Below are positions 50,338-63,255 of a DNA stretch of 64,000 nucleotides, piece after piece (positions within the stretch are counted from its first letter, which is position 1; each line of letters begins with the position of its first letter). The DNA is taken from positions 3,449,502 through 3,513,501 of the forward strand of contig MU058059.1 of the NCBI GenBank assembly GCA_013265495.1, given 5' to 3'. The notes beneath the pieces are model-generated. The model was not told the origin of the DNA. It did not search any database and saw nothing but the letters and a program-made list of their open reading frames with translations. A program made the position numbers and the translations under genes. Origin of the DNA: Vicugna vicugna (Eukaryota).

Positions 50338-51365
50338 TTTTTTTTTTTTAATTAGATGGACTTATACTTTAGAGAAGTTTTACGTTCACAGAAAAAGTGA
50401 GCAGGAAATACATAAAGTTCCCATGTCCACCAAACACGATCTTCTTCACCGTCAACATTCTGTACCCAAGTGGCACATTTGTTACAATCAGCAAATCAAC
50501 AATAAAACATCATTATCACCCAGAGAATGCAGTTTACATTAGAGTTCACTTTTGGTGTTATATTTTTGGGTTTTGACAAATGTATGACATGTATCCAGCA
50601 TTACAGTTTCATACAAAATAGTTTCATTGCCTTAAAATCCCCTGTGGTCTGCCTAATCCCTGGAAACCACTGATCTTTTTAAGGTCTCCATAGGTTAGCA
50701 TTTTCCAGAATGTCATGCAGTTGGAATCAGACACTATCATCTTTTCAGATTGACTTCTTTCACTGAGTAATATGCATTTATGTTTCCTTCATGTCTCTTC
50801 ACGGCTTGATACCTCATTTCTTTTTACTGCTGAATAATATTCCACTGTCTAGATGGACCATGGTTTATTTATTCATTTGCCTACTGAAGGACATCTTGGT
50901 TGTTTCCAAGATTTGGCAATTATGAATAACGCTGCTATAGACACCCATGTGCAGATTTTTGTGTGGATGTAAGTTTCCAGCTTCTCTGGGTAAATATCAA
51001 GGAGTGTGATTACTGGGATCATATGGTAGGATTGTGTCTAGTTTTGTAAGGAAACCATTAAACTGTCTTCCAAAGTGCACCATTTTGCACTCCCACCAGC
51101 AGTGAATGAGGATTCCTGTTGTTCCACATCTTCAACAGCATGTGCTGTTGACAGTGTTTTGGATTTTACTGTTCTAATAGGTGTGTGGTGGTATCTTGTT
51201 TCAATGTGCAATTCCCTGAAATGTATGATGTTGAGCATCTTTTCATACACCTATTTGCCATCTGTCTATCTTCTTTGGTGAGATGTCTGTTCAGATCTCT
51301 TACTCACTATTACAATGGATGATTTTTTTTTTTACTGTTGAGTGTTAAGGATTCTTCATATATTC
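50338..51365 (-). mobile_element. LINE-1 (L1MB/MC-like) 3' end inserted into a + strand L2 tail
   Basis: Poly-T then TTTTAGAGAAGTTTTACGTTCACAG...CATTTTGCACTCCCACCAGCAGTGAATGAG. Confidence 0.9.
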
Positions 51366-51594
51366 CAAGTTTGTTTTTGTTCACCATTGTGTACCAGTGC
51401 CTAGGATTATAGCTGAGCTGAAGATAGCAGTACACTAAGTGAATGAAGCAAAATGGCAGATAATTCAAGCTGTGGATAAAGATTAATTATTGAAATAGAG
51501 ATAAAAGTGAGATGAGAAGAGAATATTAGGACTAAGATTTTGTGGATTTCCCTCATTTAAATGCTGGATAGAAGAGAATATCCATATGGCCACA

Positions 51595-52140
51595 GAACAT
51601 AGGGAAAGAGACTCAACCTCCTTAGTCACTGAAGAAATGCAGACTATAACCACAATGAAATCCTACTACACACCCACCAGAAAGGTTAAAATTCTTGAAA
51701 AGGATGGAAATACCAAGTGTTGATAAAGACGTGGAGCAGATGGAATGATCTGACTGTACTTGGAGAACTGTGAATTCATGCAACCAACTTGGAAAACTTT
51801 GGTGGCAATAATTAAAGCTGAATGTATTTATATTTTATGACCCAGCAATTCCATGATTAGGTATATATCCAACAGACTGATTCAAAGACTTCATGGTCCT
51901 ATTTATAAAAAATTCTAAAGCAGGCAAAATGAATTTGCTGCATTAAAAGCCAGAATAGTCACTACCTTTAGAGAACAGAAGTAATTTGGAGGAGGGTCAA
52001 GGTGAAGATGAGTCTAAGGTTCTGGTATTTCCTGATCTGGGTGTTGGTTATATGAGTGTGTCCAACTTGTGATGATTCATTAAGCTATTCTCTTTATGAT
52101 TTTTGAGCCTTACTGCATACTTGTTTATACATTAATTACA
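51595..52140 (+). mobile_element. Ancient LINE-1 3' fragment
   Basis: GAAATGCAGACTATAACCACAATGAAATCCTACTACACACCCACCAGAA; TATGACCCAGCAATTCCA. Confidence 0.8.
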
Positions 52141-52789
52141 AATTTAAAGAGAACAAGATAAATCTGTTTGGAGTCCTCCAAAAGAAAGTAGTAAAGGTTT
52201 TTTCTCATCCCTTCAGTACCCAAAAGTCTGTGAGTATAAGAGCAAAAGAACCTGTTTATAAAAATTTATCACACATTTTAAATGTTGGTGCTTTAACTTG
52301 CAACCTAATACTATGTCAAGAAGAGACTTACTTGATGGTGATGGTTGATAAAAATATTTCGCAAACGGTCTAGAATACTTAATGGGTCATGAGAGAAAAC
52401 ATTTGGGCCTCCAAACTGTGTTCTGCTATTGGTTCTTATCAACATAAATTTGTTTAGCTAAGACAATTATAACATATAAATGAAATGATCTGTTTGCCCG
52501 GGTGCTTGCTCTGGTCTTTGTAAATCCATTGTTGTTGATGAGCATTAGAGTCATGAGCTGCTCTCAGCTGAGCTTTAGGTAATTGCTGCGAAATGCTGGG
52601 TTAGTTTCCATCCCTAAAACAGGGTTGAATATGGAAAGCTGTCCGTAAAGTTGGGTGGATTCTCGTAAGCTCTCTCTTCCACTTCCTGAACAGAGGCCAC
52701 TAGGTGATTGTTAGTGCCTTGAATTGTGGAATTGGGGTAAAACAATCAAATTCCATACAGGAAAAAGGGATTCAGGAGAACAAAAGAGC

Positions 52790-53300
52790 ACCAGAATTCT
52801 AGTCAGAAGAAACCGCGTGTACCCTAGTCCTGCCCCTTACTGTGTGGCTCTGGGTAATGACTAAGGTTTCTCTGTGCCTCTGTGCCCTCATCTACAACAT
52901 GGGGAAGATTCACTGGCTTGCTGGGTGGGACAATGACCTCACATATCTGAAAGCATTTAGCAGGTGTTAGGCGCTCAATAAACATTCTCCTTGTTCCTTT
53001 CATAACTGAGAAATGAGAAAAAAACACGTGTTATAGTCAATGTTTTTTCAGAAAACATAAACAACTCTACTTTTGTAGAGTTGTTGAATATATAGCTTAT
53101 CCAATGGTGTCATCTAGTGAAAAGTGCTTCAGCCTCAGGGGACCTTGGTTCAAACCTTGCCTGTCATTTGCTAAATTTTTGACCTTAAATAAGTTATTTA
53201 AGGTATCTTAAATTTAGTTTTGGGTTTTTTTTTTTATCACAAAACAGCAAAATGTTACTAGTTTTTCCACAGGCTATTTGAGGGTTAAGAGTAATGCATA
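52790..53300 (+). mobile_element. Two MIR copies (52790-52985, 53105-53300)
   Basis: TTTCTCTGTGCCTCTGTGCCCTCATCT...GCGCTCAATAAA; TGACCTTAAATAAGTTATTTAA. Confidence 0.7.
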
Positions 53301-53631
53301 TGCTAGTCACGGCTCTTTGTTTGCAAGTGAAACTCAATCTCACCTAGTCTAACTCATAAGAGGGGATGTATTGGCTCTTGCTGCCAAATTTAGGCACGGG
53401 CAGAGGAAATCTGGTCTTGGGGATGGCTGTTACCTGGCATCCAGACACTTTAGGTCCATCTGTCTCTTGGATCCCTGTCTCTTGGATCTGTTCTTCTAAA
53501 ACAGATACCAAGAAAGGGGCTCAAGCTAGGTTCTCCAGGCTTAACATTGTTATTATAAACGCTGTCTCCTTTGGGAGTTTGCCTGGTCAAGTTCAAGTTT
53601 GCTCCCCAAGTTAGAGTTTGCGACCCTGAGC

Positions 53632-53682
53632 CATTTACCTTTCTTCTACTGCAGACATTTACCTTTCTTCTACTGCAGACAT
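53632..53682 (+). repeat. Perfect 24-bp tandem duplication
   Basis: CATTTACCTTTCTTCTACTGCAGA x2 + CAT. Confidence 0.95.
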
Positions 53683-54449
53683 CCTCACAGCTCTTTCCCA
53701 ACTGTCTGAAATGGGGGAAACTGAAGCAACCTTGAGCCTTCTTGGGCTGACTTGGACACATCAATTCTTTCCCGTGAATTCTTTTCCAACAGATACACTG
53801 CTGGGAGATTAAGATAATGGGTACCTTTTGGGGGTCTTGGTATTGGGAGACTGGCCTTCAACCCCAATGCATTTAGTCATGCTCTCTCTCTTATAAGGAT
53901 AAATCCAAATCAACTTGTTCACTTTTCTTTATGCAGATGAGAAATATATATTTACATTGTATATATTTATTTTACATTATTTATAAATGTATACTGCATA
54001 GTTTTTCTACAGACTCATTAAAATCCCTGAAACTCTGATTAATCCTTATTAACTGTTATTATTTCTTGAAGTATATCACAGTATTTAAAAGCACATGCTT
54101 TGATCTGGGAAGAATGCGACTTTCAATCTTGGTTTCATCCCGACCAGCTCACATTTCAGGCTAACCTCTCTCTCAGGCTTGGTTTTCCTACCAAATAATC
54201 TCCTGTACAGTCTGATTTGCATCAACAGTCCTATGAGGCGTTAATAACCACAACTTATGCAGAGACATCTGATGCACATATGCTCGCCTACTGTTTTTGT
54301 TATTTATTTGTATGTTCATTCTAGCCAGGACCCTGACCTTCCAGAAGTGGATGTCTCAAATACAGTTCCCATTTTCAAATACAGTTACGTTGGGGTTAGG
54401 GCTTCAACATATGAATTTTGCGGGGGGAGCACAATTCAGTCCATAGCAC

Positions 54450-55560
54450 AAAACAAAACAAAATGGCCTAAAACTGAATATAAACAAAAAGAAAGGAAAC
54501 TACTGTACACCAAGTAATTACATAACCACACAAAGAAAATAAATAATTCAAATTAACTTTTGAACCAAGTATTCTAATTGCATACCCTCAGCAGACAGGA
54601 GGAGAAAAAAGAACTGCAGAGAAATCATGAATTTCCTAGTTTTGTTGTATTGATTTAGTGATATTGGAACTATTTTACGAATATTGAGGGATAGACATGT
54701 CATGTGTTGTTGGGAACCAGGGGAGAGGGAAATGCAAATAAGTCACGAAGAGGGTGGCAGGGGAGGTGAGAAAGGAGAGCTCTAGTTCTCTTAGCATGAA
54801 ATCATGTTTATTTGTTTAATCCAGCCCATTGAAAGGATCTACATGCCCTTTCTGATATCACTTAAACACCCAGCACCAAAATCTTGGTGTCTAAATGCTA
54901 TTCCGTATTAAAAGGAATCAGGGCTCCTTAGAGAAATAGTTGACTGCAGGTCTAGGGCAGGAAGCAAAAGGTGAATCTGAAATCTTTATTGGGTCAGACG
55001 AGTTATTAAAATACAAAGGGAAAAGATGCCTTTACAATGAAGACATCCGGTGGACACCACCTGTACAGAGTTAGCATCACCAGTAATGGATAAATTTACA
55101 TCTGTGCCCTCTGCTATGACGCAATGGGAAGCATGCAACGTCATCTTTGTAGTTTTCTTCCCAAAATGTTTAACCTGAATCTACTTAGGAGGAAAGAATC
55201 ATTCACATCCATATTGTGGAAGATATTCTACAGGACCACTGGTTCTTCAAAAATATCAAAAATCTCGAAAGACAGAAGGAGACAGGAAAATGTGGACTGT
55301 ATAGTAGAGATTAATTAACATAAAATTAATTATGATTACTAATGTGATAATCAGTATTATTAATAATTGTTCATCCATGTTAAACACCTCAGGGATGATA
55401 ATGTTACTGCAGTTTTATGTAAGAATGTCTCTGCTCTTGGGAGATACAGGTTGAAGTACTTAGGGGTGAAATGTGATGATTACTCTAATTTACTTTCAAA
55501 TGGTTCAGCAAAAAAAATATGGTAAGTGTTTTATACACATACCTACATATATACATATAT
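54450..55560 (+). mobile_element. Ancient LINE-1 (L1MC/ME) 3' UTR
   Basis: TTAAAAGGAATCAGGGCTCCTTAGAGAAAT; CCTTTACAATGAAGACATC; CCAAAATGTTTAACCTGAATCTA. Confidence 0.75.
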
Positions 55561-55699
55561 ATGGGTTAGTACTTCCAGACTCTTGGATTTCATGGGCCAA
55601 AATAAATTAAAAAATAAAAACATACACACACATACAGAACAAAACAAAAAAATGAGGGAACTGATATAAAGTTGCTAGCTCTGTATTATGTCTAATAAA

Positions 55700-56985
55700 G
55701 ACTGATATTAAAGAAGAAAACATAGATAAAACATTCTCTGACATAAATCTCTGCCATGTTCTCCTAGGGCAGTCCCAGGCAACAGAAATAAAAGCAAAAA
55801 TACACAAATGGGACCTAACTAAACTTATAAGCTCTTGCACAGCAAAGGAAACCACAAGCAAGACAAAAAGACAACCTTCGGAATAGGAGAAAATATTTGC
55901 AAATGATACAACTGACAAGGGTTTAATTTCCATAATATATAAACAGTTCATACCATTTAATAACAGAAAACAAACAACCCAATCCAAAAATGGGCAGAAA
56001 ATCTAAACAAACAGTTTTGCAATGAAGACATACAAATGACCAATAGGCACATGAAAAAATGCTCAATATCACTAATTATCAGAGAAATACAAATCAAAAC
56101 TACAATGATGTATCACCTCACACCAGTCAGAATGTCCGTCATTTAAAAGTCCTCAAACAATAAATGCTGGAGAGGGTGTGGAGAAAAGGGAACCCTCTAA
56201 AACTGCTGGTGGGAATGTAGTTTGGTGCAGCCATTATGGAAAACAGTATGGAGATTCTTCAAAAAATTAAAAATAAATTTACCACATGATCCAGCAATTC
56301 CAGTCCTGGGGATATCTCTGAAGGGAACCTTAATTCAAAAAGATAAATGCACCCCAATGTTCATAGCAGCACTATTTACAATAGCCAAGCCATGGAATTT
56401 CAACAACCTAAGTGTCCATCGACAGATGACTGGATAAAGAAGATGTGGTATATTTATACAATGGAATACTACTCAGCAAAAAAATATAAATTAATGCCAT
56501 TTGCAGCAATATGGATGGACCAGGATGTTGTCATTATAAGTGAAGTAAGCCAGAAAGAGAAAGAAAAATACCTCATGAGATCACTCATATGTGGAATCTA
56601 AAAAAAAAAACCATAAATACAGAAAGAGAAATATGATATATCGCTTATATATAGAATCTAAAAAAAAAAAAAGACGAACTTATTTACAAAACAGAAACAG
56701 ACTCACAGACATAGAAAATAAATTTATGGTAACGGGACGGGGATAAAGGGGTAGGAAGGGATAAAACTGGGATTCGAGATTTGCAGATACCAACTACTAT
56801 ACATCAAATAGATAAACAACAAGTTTCTACTGTATAGCACAGGGAACTATATTCAGTATCTTGTATTTATGATGAAAAAGAATTCATGAAAGGGAATATA
56901 TGTATGTATATGCATGACTGAAACATTATGTTGTACACCAGAAACTGACACAACATTGTAAAATGATTATACTTCAATAAAAAAA
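55700..56985 (+). mobile_element. Young LINE-1 3' portion
   Basis: ORF 56222..56437 [26 protein letters not shown]...[24 protein letters not shown] tail. Confidence 0.95.
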
Positions 56986-57242
56986 CTAATCTATTATTTC
57001 ATCTGTTATCAAACTGATGTCATTAAAAATATCATTTTAATGAAATAATGATCTCAAAGAAAAAGGCAATCTATTATCTCAGGGCGAGAGTTGTTTCAAC
57101 CAGCTGCATTCATCTGTGTGAACACACACTGTTCTTGTTCACTGTGGACCGGTCAGAATGGTGGCAGCTGGTGTGAGTCACTGGACAGGCACTGGGGACC
57201 ACTACGGGGTCTAAGGGTCCTCCTGCGTGGCCCTGCTTCCAG

Positions 57243-57326
57243 ATTCCAGAAGAGAGAGGAGGAGTGAAATCCTCGCTGCAGAACCCCGTGTCCCTGAACA
57301 GCGCTATGTAAGAGTGTCCCCTTCAG
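57243..57326 (+). other. Candidate 84-nt exon
   Basis: Acceptor CCCTGCTTCCAG and donor CAG|GTGAGC; open in phase 1 (SRRERRSEILAAEPRVPEQRYVRVSPS). Confidence 0.3.
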
Positions 57327-57656
57327 GTGAGCTGAAACGGACCGCTGTCCCCCAACTCTGTTACTGTGCCATCTGAAGTACCTCGGAATTTAGCCAGTTC
57401 AGTTTTTCCCCTTGTATAGGTAAGATATGAATCCAGAAGAGACAAACTGGGAACCCATCTTTCTCTCTCTTATGAATATGCTTGAAGGGTGCTGTCATGT
57501 TTTCCTTAATTGTCTCTGGTCTAACACATCAGTCTTTCAAATATCCTTCTCAAGCTCTGGGTTGGTTACTTGATTTTTCTCCCCCACGATCAAGCTTTCT
57601 TTATATAGCACTAAAAAGATAATCACTCCATATGTAATTTCTCAAAGTTCAGACTT

Positions 57657-57952
57657 TATTTACTTTAAAAATTTAATTAATTAATTAAAGTACAGTCAGG
57701 TACGGTGTTTCAGTTTCAGGTGTACAGCACAATGTCCCAGTCCTGCATATACATACATATATTCATTTTCATATTCTTTTCCATTAAAGGTTATTACAAG
57801 ATATTGAACATATAGTTCCTTGTGCTATACAGCAGAAACTATTTTTAAATCTATTTTTATGTATAATGGCTAACATTTGTAAATCTCTAACTCCCAAATC
57901 TATCCCTTCCCACCCCCTTTCCCCAGTAACCATAACATTGTTTACTATGTAT
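57657..57952 (-). mobile_element. Short young LINE-1 3' end with perfect 13-bp TSD
   Basis: AAAGTTCAGACTT at 57644-57656 and 57953-57965. Confidence 0.95.
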
Positions 57953-58814
57953 AAAGTTCAGACTTCAAGAGCACTCAGCAGTTGTGCCCACAGCTCCACT
58001 TAGTGTGTGTGCCTGCGCACGTGTGTGCTAGTCAAATCCCACAGCTGGAAAGCAGGTTTGCTTTCCCTGAAAATGCTCTATGTCATGCTTGCTGGAGACC
58101 CTCATCTGCTCAGCACTGGGCCTTCCCCATTTTACATGTCTCTTTCTCTTTGTCATCTAAGCATTTTGACCTCTGAGCGGTGGCTCTGAAATACTTCCAA
58201 CAGGCTCTGACATCTGGCAGGGGAGAGCAGCTCTGAAGTTGACTGCAGCCCAGCTATGGCTCCTGAACTGTGCAGACGTCAGGTTCCAGAGTGACGCTGC
58301 CAAACCCCCTCTGGCTGAGTTTCTCCTGAGCCCACTATCTTTATGGGCCAGTGGTTCCCAGAAAGAGCAGTAAAATGAGAGTATCTTCTATCTGGTAAGA
58401 CTTGTAAAAAAGAAAAACAAACTAGAAAATCCAAGCATCCCCCCATTACTACCACCATTCATAAAAGAAAGAATACCTTAATACCCACGAAGTAGCAGAG
58501 TCACAATCTCAGGATAACTGGGGAGCCAGGCTTTAAGCCGTGACACAGGAGGGAAGACACAAGAAAGCATCAGATCGCCCTGGGTGCTCGTGCCCAGAAT
58601 CAGCCAGAGACAACCTTCAGTGTCATCCTGTCCAACTTCCTTTTCAGATGAAATAAATTACACAACTGACATCTAATAATGGAGATACGACCATGACACT
58701 GTAAAAAGTGAGAGGTTCTCTCGAGGAAGTAGGACCACGTCTAATGGGAGGCAAGAGGAGAGAAAGCAGCAAGGTTCAAGGGTGCAGCACAAGCTAGGAG
58801 TAATGCGACTTAGA

Positions 58815-58966
58815 CCATGGTTCTCACGTTAGTGCACATATGCATCACCCAGAGGGCTTGTAGAAACACAGCATCCAGACTCTGACTGAGTAGTCTGGGG
58901 AGGGGCCTGAGAACTTGCATTTAGGAAATTTCCCAGGTGATGCTGATGCTGCTGGTCTGGAGACCA
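58815..58966. mobile_element. MER5A hAT-Charlie element
   Basis: GGGGCCTGAGAACTTGCATTT..TTCCCAGGTGATGCTGATGCTGCTGGTC. Confidence 0.85.
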
Positions 58967-59159
58967 GGTGTATAAAGATGCAGAAATTGGGGCTCAGGCA
59001 AAAGTGCAGAGGTAAGAAAACAGAGTGGGGTGGCGAAGGTAAGAAGGGCAGGCAGGATGTCGTGGGTCAGTGAATGCATGTGAGAGAGCTCGGACTTTAT
59101 CCCAGTAGCACTGGGGACCCTTCCAAGACCTGAGCCAAGGAGTAGAATTTAAAACAGTA

Positions 59160-59516
59160 TCACATAAAAAGGAATGAAGTGCTGATGCATGCTACAACAC
59201 GGACGGACCTTGAAAACATTATGCTAAGTCACAAGAAAGAAGTCAGTCACAAAAGACCACATATCTCATGATTCCACTTACGGGAAGTATCCGGAGTCAG
59301 CAAATCCAGAGAGACAGAAAGCAGGTTAGTGGGTGCCAGGGGCTGGGGAGAGGAGGGGTGGGGAATGACTGTTGTGTGGGAACGAGGTTTCCTTTTGAGG
59401 TGATGAAAATGTTCTGGAACTAGACAGTGATGACAGTCACAACACTGTGAATGTACTAAATGTCACCAATGATAAATTTTATGCTACGTGTATTTTTACC
59501 AAAATTGTAAAAAAAC
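59160..59516 (+). mobile_element. L1MB-like 3' end
   Basis: AAAAGGAATGAAGTGCTGATGCATGCTACAAC...TGATGAAAATGTTCTGGAACTAGA. Confidence 0.9.
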
Positions 59517-60863
59517 ACCCAGCATATTTCCTACAAAATTAGGTTACATCACAATCAAATACCCTGGATACAATTCTAACAGATAAAACATGCCATTTTA
59601 TACACAAAGAATGGCTGTAACCATTTCAGGAGACAACTCTATATACAGAAAAAAGATCAGAAATAATTTACTTTGGGAGTATGCACGTGTGTTTTGGATG
59701 ATGAAAATAATGTGATGTTTCTCTGGCTAGAGATTTTTTTAAATTTTCAGTAACTGTCTAGATATTACTTACCTAATTAAAACATACTTTAAAGGAGGAG
59801 AAAAGGGGGTCTCAGACTGGGACTGGAGAAGTCACATGGACATGGGACTCGGGAGGGCACCGGCAGGAGGAAATGAGCTGGCCCGAACAGAAGTGGTGAC
59901 TGTCTACCACCCACAGGAGCACCACGGTGTCCTCCAGAGCCCTCCTCCTTGGTACCCAGCCCTCCCTCTCGTACTCCCCTCGGGGTTTCCTCACTTGAGC
60001 TGTCGGTGTGTCCCAGGGATGTCGCTGGTTCATCCACTCACTTTCTCAGCAAATATTTACTGAGCGTCTACCCCGTGCCCCCCAGTGCTTTATTCACGGA
60101 GCCAGGCTGTAAGCACCCGGTCCTGCTAGCCTGGCCAGCTGGGGCTGGTTTGACACGCCAGGGTTTTATATTCTCTCTCTCTTTCATTTTCTAAACACAA
60201 GTATTTTCTATTCTTGGTCTCAGCTGCAGCCCTCTCTCTCAATTCCCCTAGATGGTGAGGAAGTAATGCCTTGTTTGTTTCACTTCTCTAGATGGTGCCT
60301 TTGGGTCGGGCTGGACACTGCGGCCCAGACAAGTTCTGGACAGCCTGGTGGTGCCCTCTCCTCCCGGTGTCCACATCCACACGGCAGCCTGGCTGTTTCA
60401 CTCTGAACAACTGATTTCAGCTCTGACTCGTCTCCGTTTCTCCACCAGCCCCTTCTTTCCAGTTCCGACACGTCTTGGTCACTGGCTTCAACCTTACAGA
60501 ACACGTCTTTTCTGCTTTGGACCTGGATCTGTTATCTCCAATTTTTATTTTTATGTCATTGTTGCCCTCTCCTCACAACATCAATGTGGCCCAACCTGAA
60601 CGTACGCTCATGAACTCTCACACTCTGGCCACGGCTGTGGAGGTTTGGGAAACAGTCTGTTTTTCCAGAAGGTCAGAGATGAGTTCAGACTGCAGCTTCC
60701 TGGTGCCGGGGCTTCCTGGCTGGCCTTCTGCATCTCTAGCTCCTGGGCTCACGTCTGGCGCATGGTGGGTGCCCGATTAGTATCTGGAGAAACTGAGTCA
60801 GGACCAGTATGTTTGCACACTGGGTGGCAGATTCAGGGCAAAGAAAAGAAATCAGTTGAGTTT

Positions 60864-61335
60864 TGTATTAGTTAGGATTCTCTAGAGAAACAGAATCAAC
60901 AAAATGTGTAAATGTAGAGATTTATTTTAAGAAATCTGTAGGGTGAGCCAGCAGGCTGGAGACTCAGGGCAGAGTTACACACAAGTCTGAAGGCTGTCTG
61001 TTGGCAGAATTTGCTCTTCCTCAAGATCAGTCTTTCTCTGTTAAGGTCTCCAACTGACTGGATGAATCCCACCCAAATTATGGTGGGTAATTTGCTTTAC
61101 TCAAAGTTTACTGATTTAAGGGTTCTTCTCATTTAAAAATACCTTCACAGAAGCATTGATAATAATTTTTTAAAATTTATTTTTACGGTAACTGGTTTAT
61201 AACATTATATAAGTTTCATATCTACAACATTATAGTTCTACTTCTGCATACAACATGCTCACCACTAGAATAATGTTTGACAAACATCTGGGTATCATGG
61301 CCCAGCCAACCTGACACGTAAAATTTAACTATCCT
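60864..61335 (-). mobile_element. MLT2 (ERVL) solo LTR with a short L1 tail inserted (~61165-61265)
   Basis: TGTATTAGTTAGGATTCTCTAGAGAAACAGAA ... CAGCCAACCTGACACGTAAAATTTAAC. Confidence 0.85.
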
Positions 61336-61659
61336 GAATATTATTGTTGAGTTTATTGTCTGCTCTTTAGGTTAAGAGCTCCAGGGCAGGAAGAATAAGA
61401 TGCTAAGTGGGAAATTTTGGGTTTCACAGACATGATCTCATGTGTTCAACAAATACTTGTATTATTTTCACTCTTTGGGAGAGACTGCTCAGCCCTACAG
61501 AGAGTACCAAGATGCTCCAGATGCTGTCCTGGTCCCCTCGGGGCTGCCAGTCAACAGGCAGTGTGCACGAGGACGCCAGCTGGCATCCAGTCTCTGTTCT
61601 TTGCAACTAACTCCTGACTCTCTATGTGCATTCTGCTCATATTTTTGTAGCAGTACCGT

Positions 61660-61875
61660 ATAATCTAGCAGTTACATTCTTTGGTATTCACCCAAAGTAG
61701 TTGAAAACTTACATCCACACAAAAACCTGCACACAGATGTTTACAGCAGCTTTATTCATAACTGCCACAACTTGGAAGCAACCGAGGCATCCTTCAGTAG
61801 ACCATTAGATAGATCAACTGTGGTTCATCCAGAGAATGAAATATTATTTAACACTGAAAAGAAATGAGCTAACAT
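61660..61875 (+). mobile_element. LINE-1 fragment
   Basis: CCACACAAAAACCTGCACACAGATGTTTACAGCAGCTTTATTCATAA. Confidence 0.85.
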
Positions 61876-61879
61876 GAGC

Positions 61880-63255
61880 TCTCATTGTTCTAATTTGCAA
61901 TTCCCTATTGACATATGATATTAGCACCTTTTCATATGCTTATTTTCCATCTGTATATCTTCTTTGGTGAGGTGTCTTGTTAAGGTCTTTGGCTCATTTT
62001 TTTTTTATGACTGTGTTCTTATCATTGAGTTTTAAGAGTTCTTTGTATATTTTGCTTAGTTGTCCTTTATCAGAAGTCTTTTGCAAATATTTTCTCCCAG
62101 TCTGTGGCTTGTCTTCTAATTCTCTTGACATTGTCTTCCACAGAGCACAAGTTTTAAGTTTTAATGAAGTCCAGCTTATCAGTTATTTCTTCATGGATCA
62201 TGCCTTTAGGTTGTGTTTGAAAAGTCATCACCATATCCCAGGTCATCTAGATTTCCTCCTGTTATCTTCAGGAGTTTTATAGTTTTGCATTTTACATTTA
62301 GGTCTGTGATCCACTCTGAATTAATTTTGTGATGGGTGCAAGGTCTGTGTTTAGATTCTCTTTTGTGCATATGGATTTCCAGTTGTTTCAGCACCATTTC
62401 TTGAAAAGACTGTCTTTGCTCCATTGTACTGCCTTTGCTCCTTCATCAAAATCAGTTTATTACATTTATGGGGCTTATTTCCAGGCTATTTGTTTCACTG
62501 ATCTATTTGCCTATTGGTGAAATAATACCATAATGTCTTGATTACTACAGCTTTATAGTAGCCTTGGAGTTGAATAATGTTAGTCCTCCAGCTTTGTTCT
62601 TTTCCTTCAATATTGTATTGGCTATTCTGGGTCTTGTGCCTCTCCATAAAAACTTTAGAATTAGTTTGTCATCATCCACAAAATAACTTGCTGGGATTTT
62701 CACTGGAATTGTGTTGAATCAATACACAGATCAAGTTAAGAAGAACTGATATCTTGACAATATTGATATCTCCTATCCATGAACATGAAATAGCCCTCCA
62801 TTTATTTAGTTCTTTGATTTTGTTCATCAGACTTCTGTAGTTTTTCTCAAATAGTTCTTATAGTTTTTGTTTTAGATTTATACCCAAGTACTTCATTTTG
62901 GGTGGGGTGCTAAAAAGTAAATGGTGTTGTGTTTTGAATTTCAAATTCCACCTCTTCATTGTTGGTATATAGGAAAGTGATTGACTTTTGTATATTAACT
63001 TTTATCCTGCAACCTTGCTATAATTGCTTATTAGTTTCAGAGTTGGTTTTTTTTTTTTGGCAATTCTTTCAGATTTTCCACGTAGACAATTGTGTCATCT
63101 GCCAACAAAGCCAGTTTTATGTCTTCTTTCCCAATCTGTATACCCTTTTACTTCCTTTTCCTGTTTTATTGTGTCAGCAAAGACTTCCGGTTTGATGTTG
63201 AAAAGCAGCAGTGAGAGGGGACATTCTTACTTCATACCTGATTTTAGTGGGACTG
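61880..63255 (-). mobile_element. LINE-1 ORF2 fragment
   Basis: ORF 62206..62424 contains KINSEWITDLNVKCKTIKLL. Confidence 0.9.

Noticed and set aside
61660..63255. L1 5' inversion by twin priming
   Set aside because: The two pieces meet tail-to-tail with no poly-A or TSD; twin priming predicts a head-to-head junction
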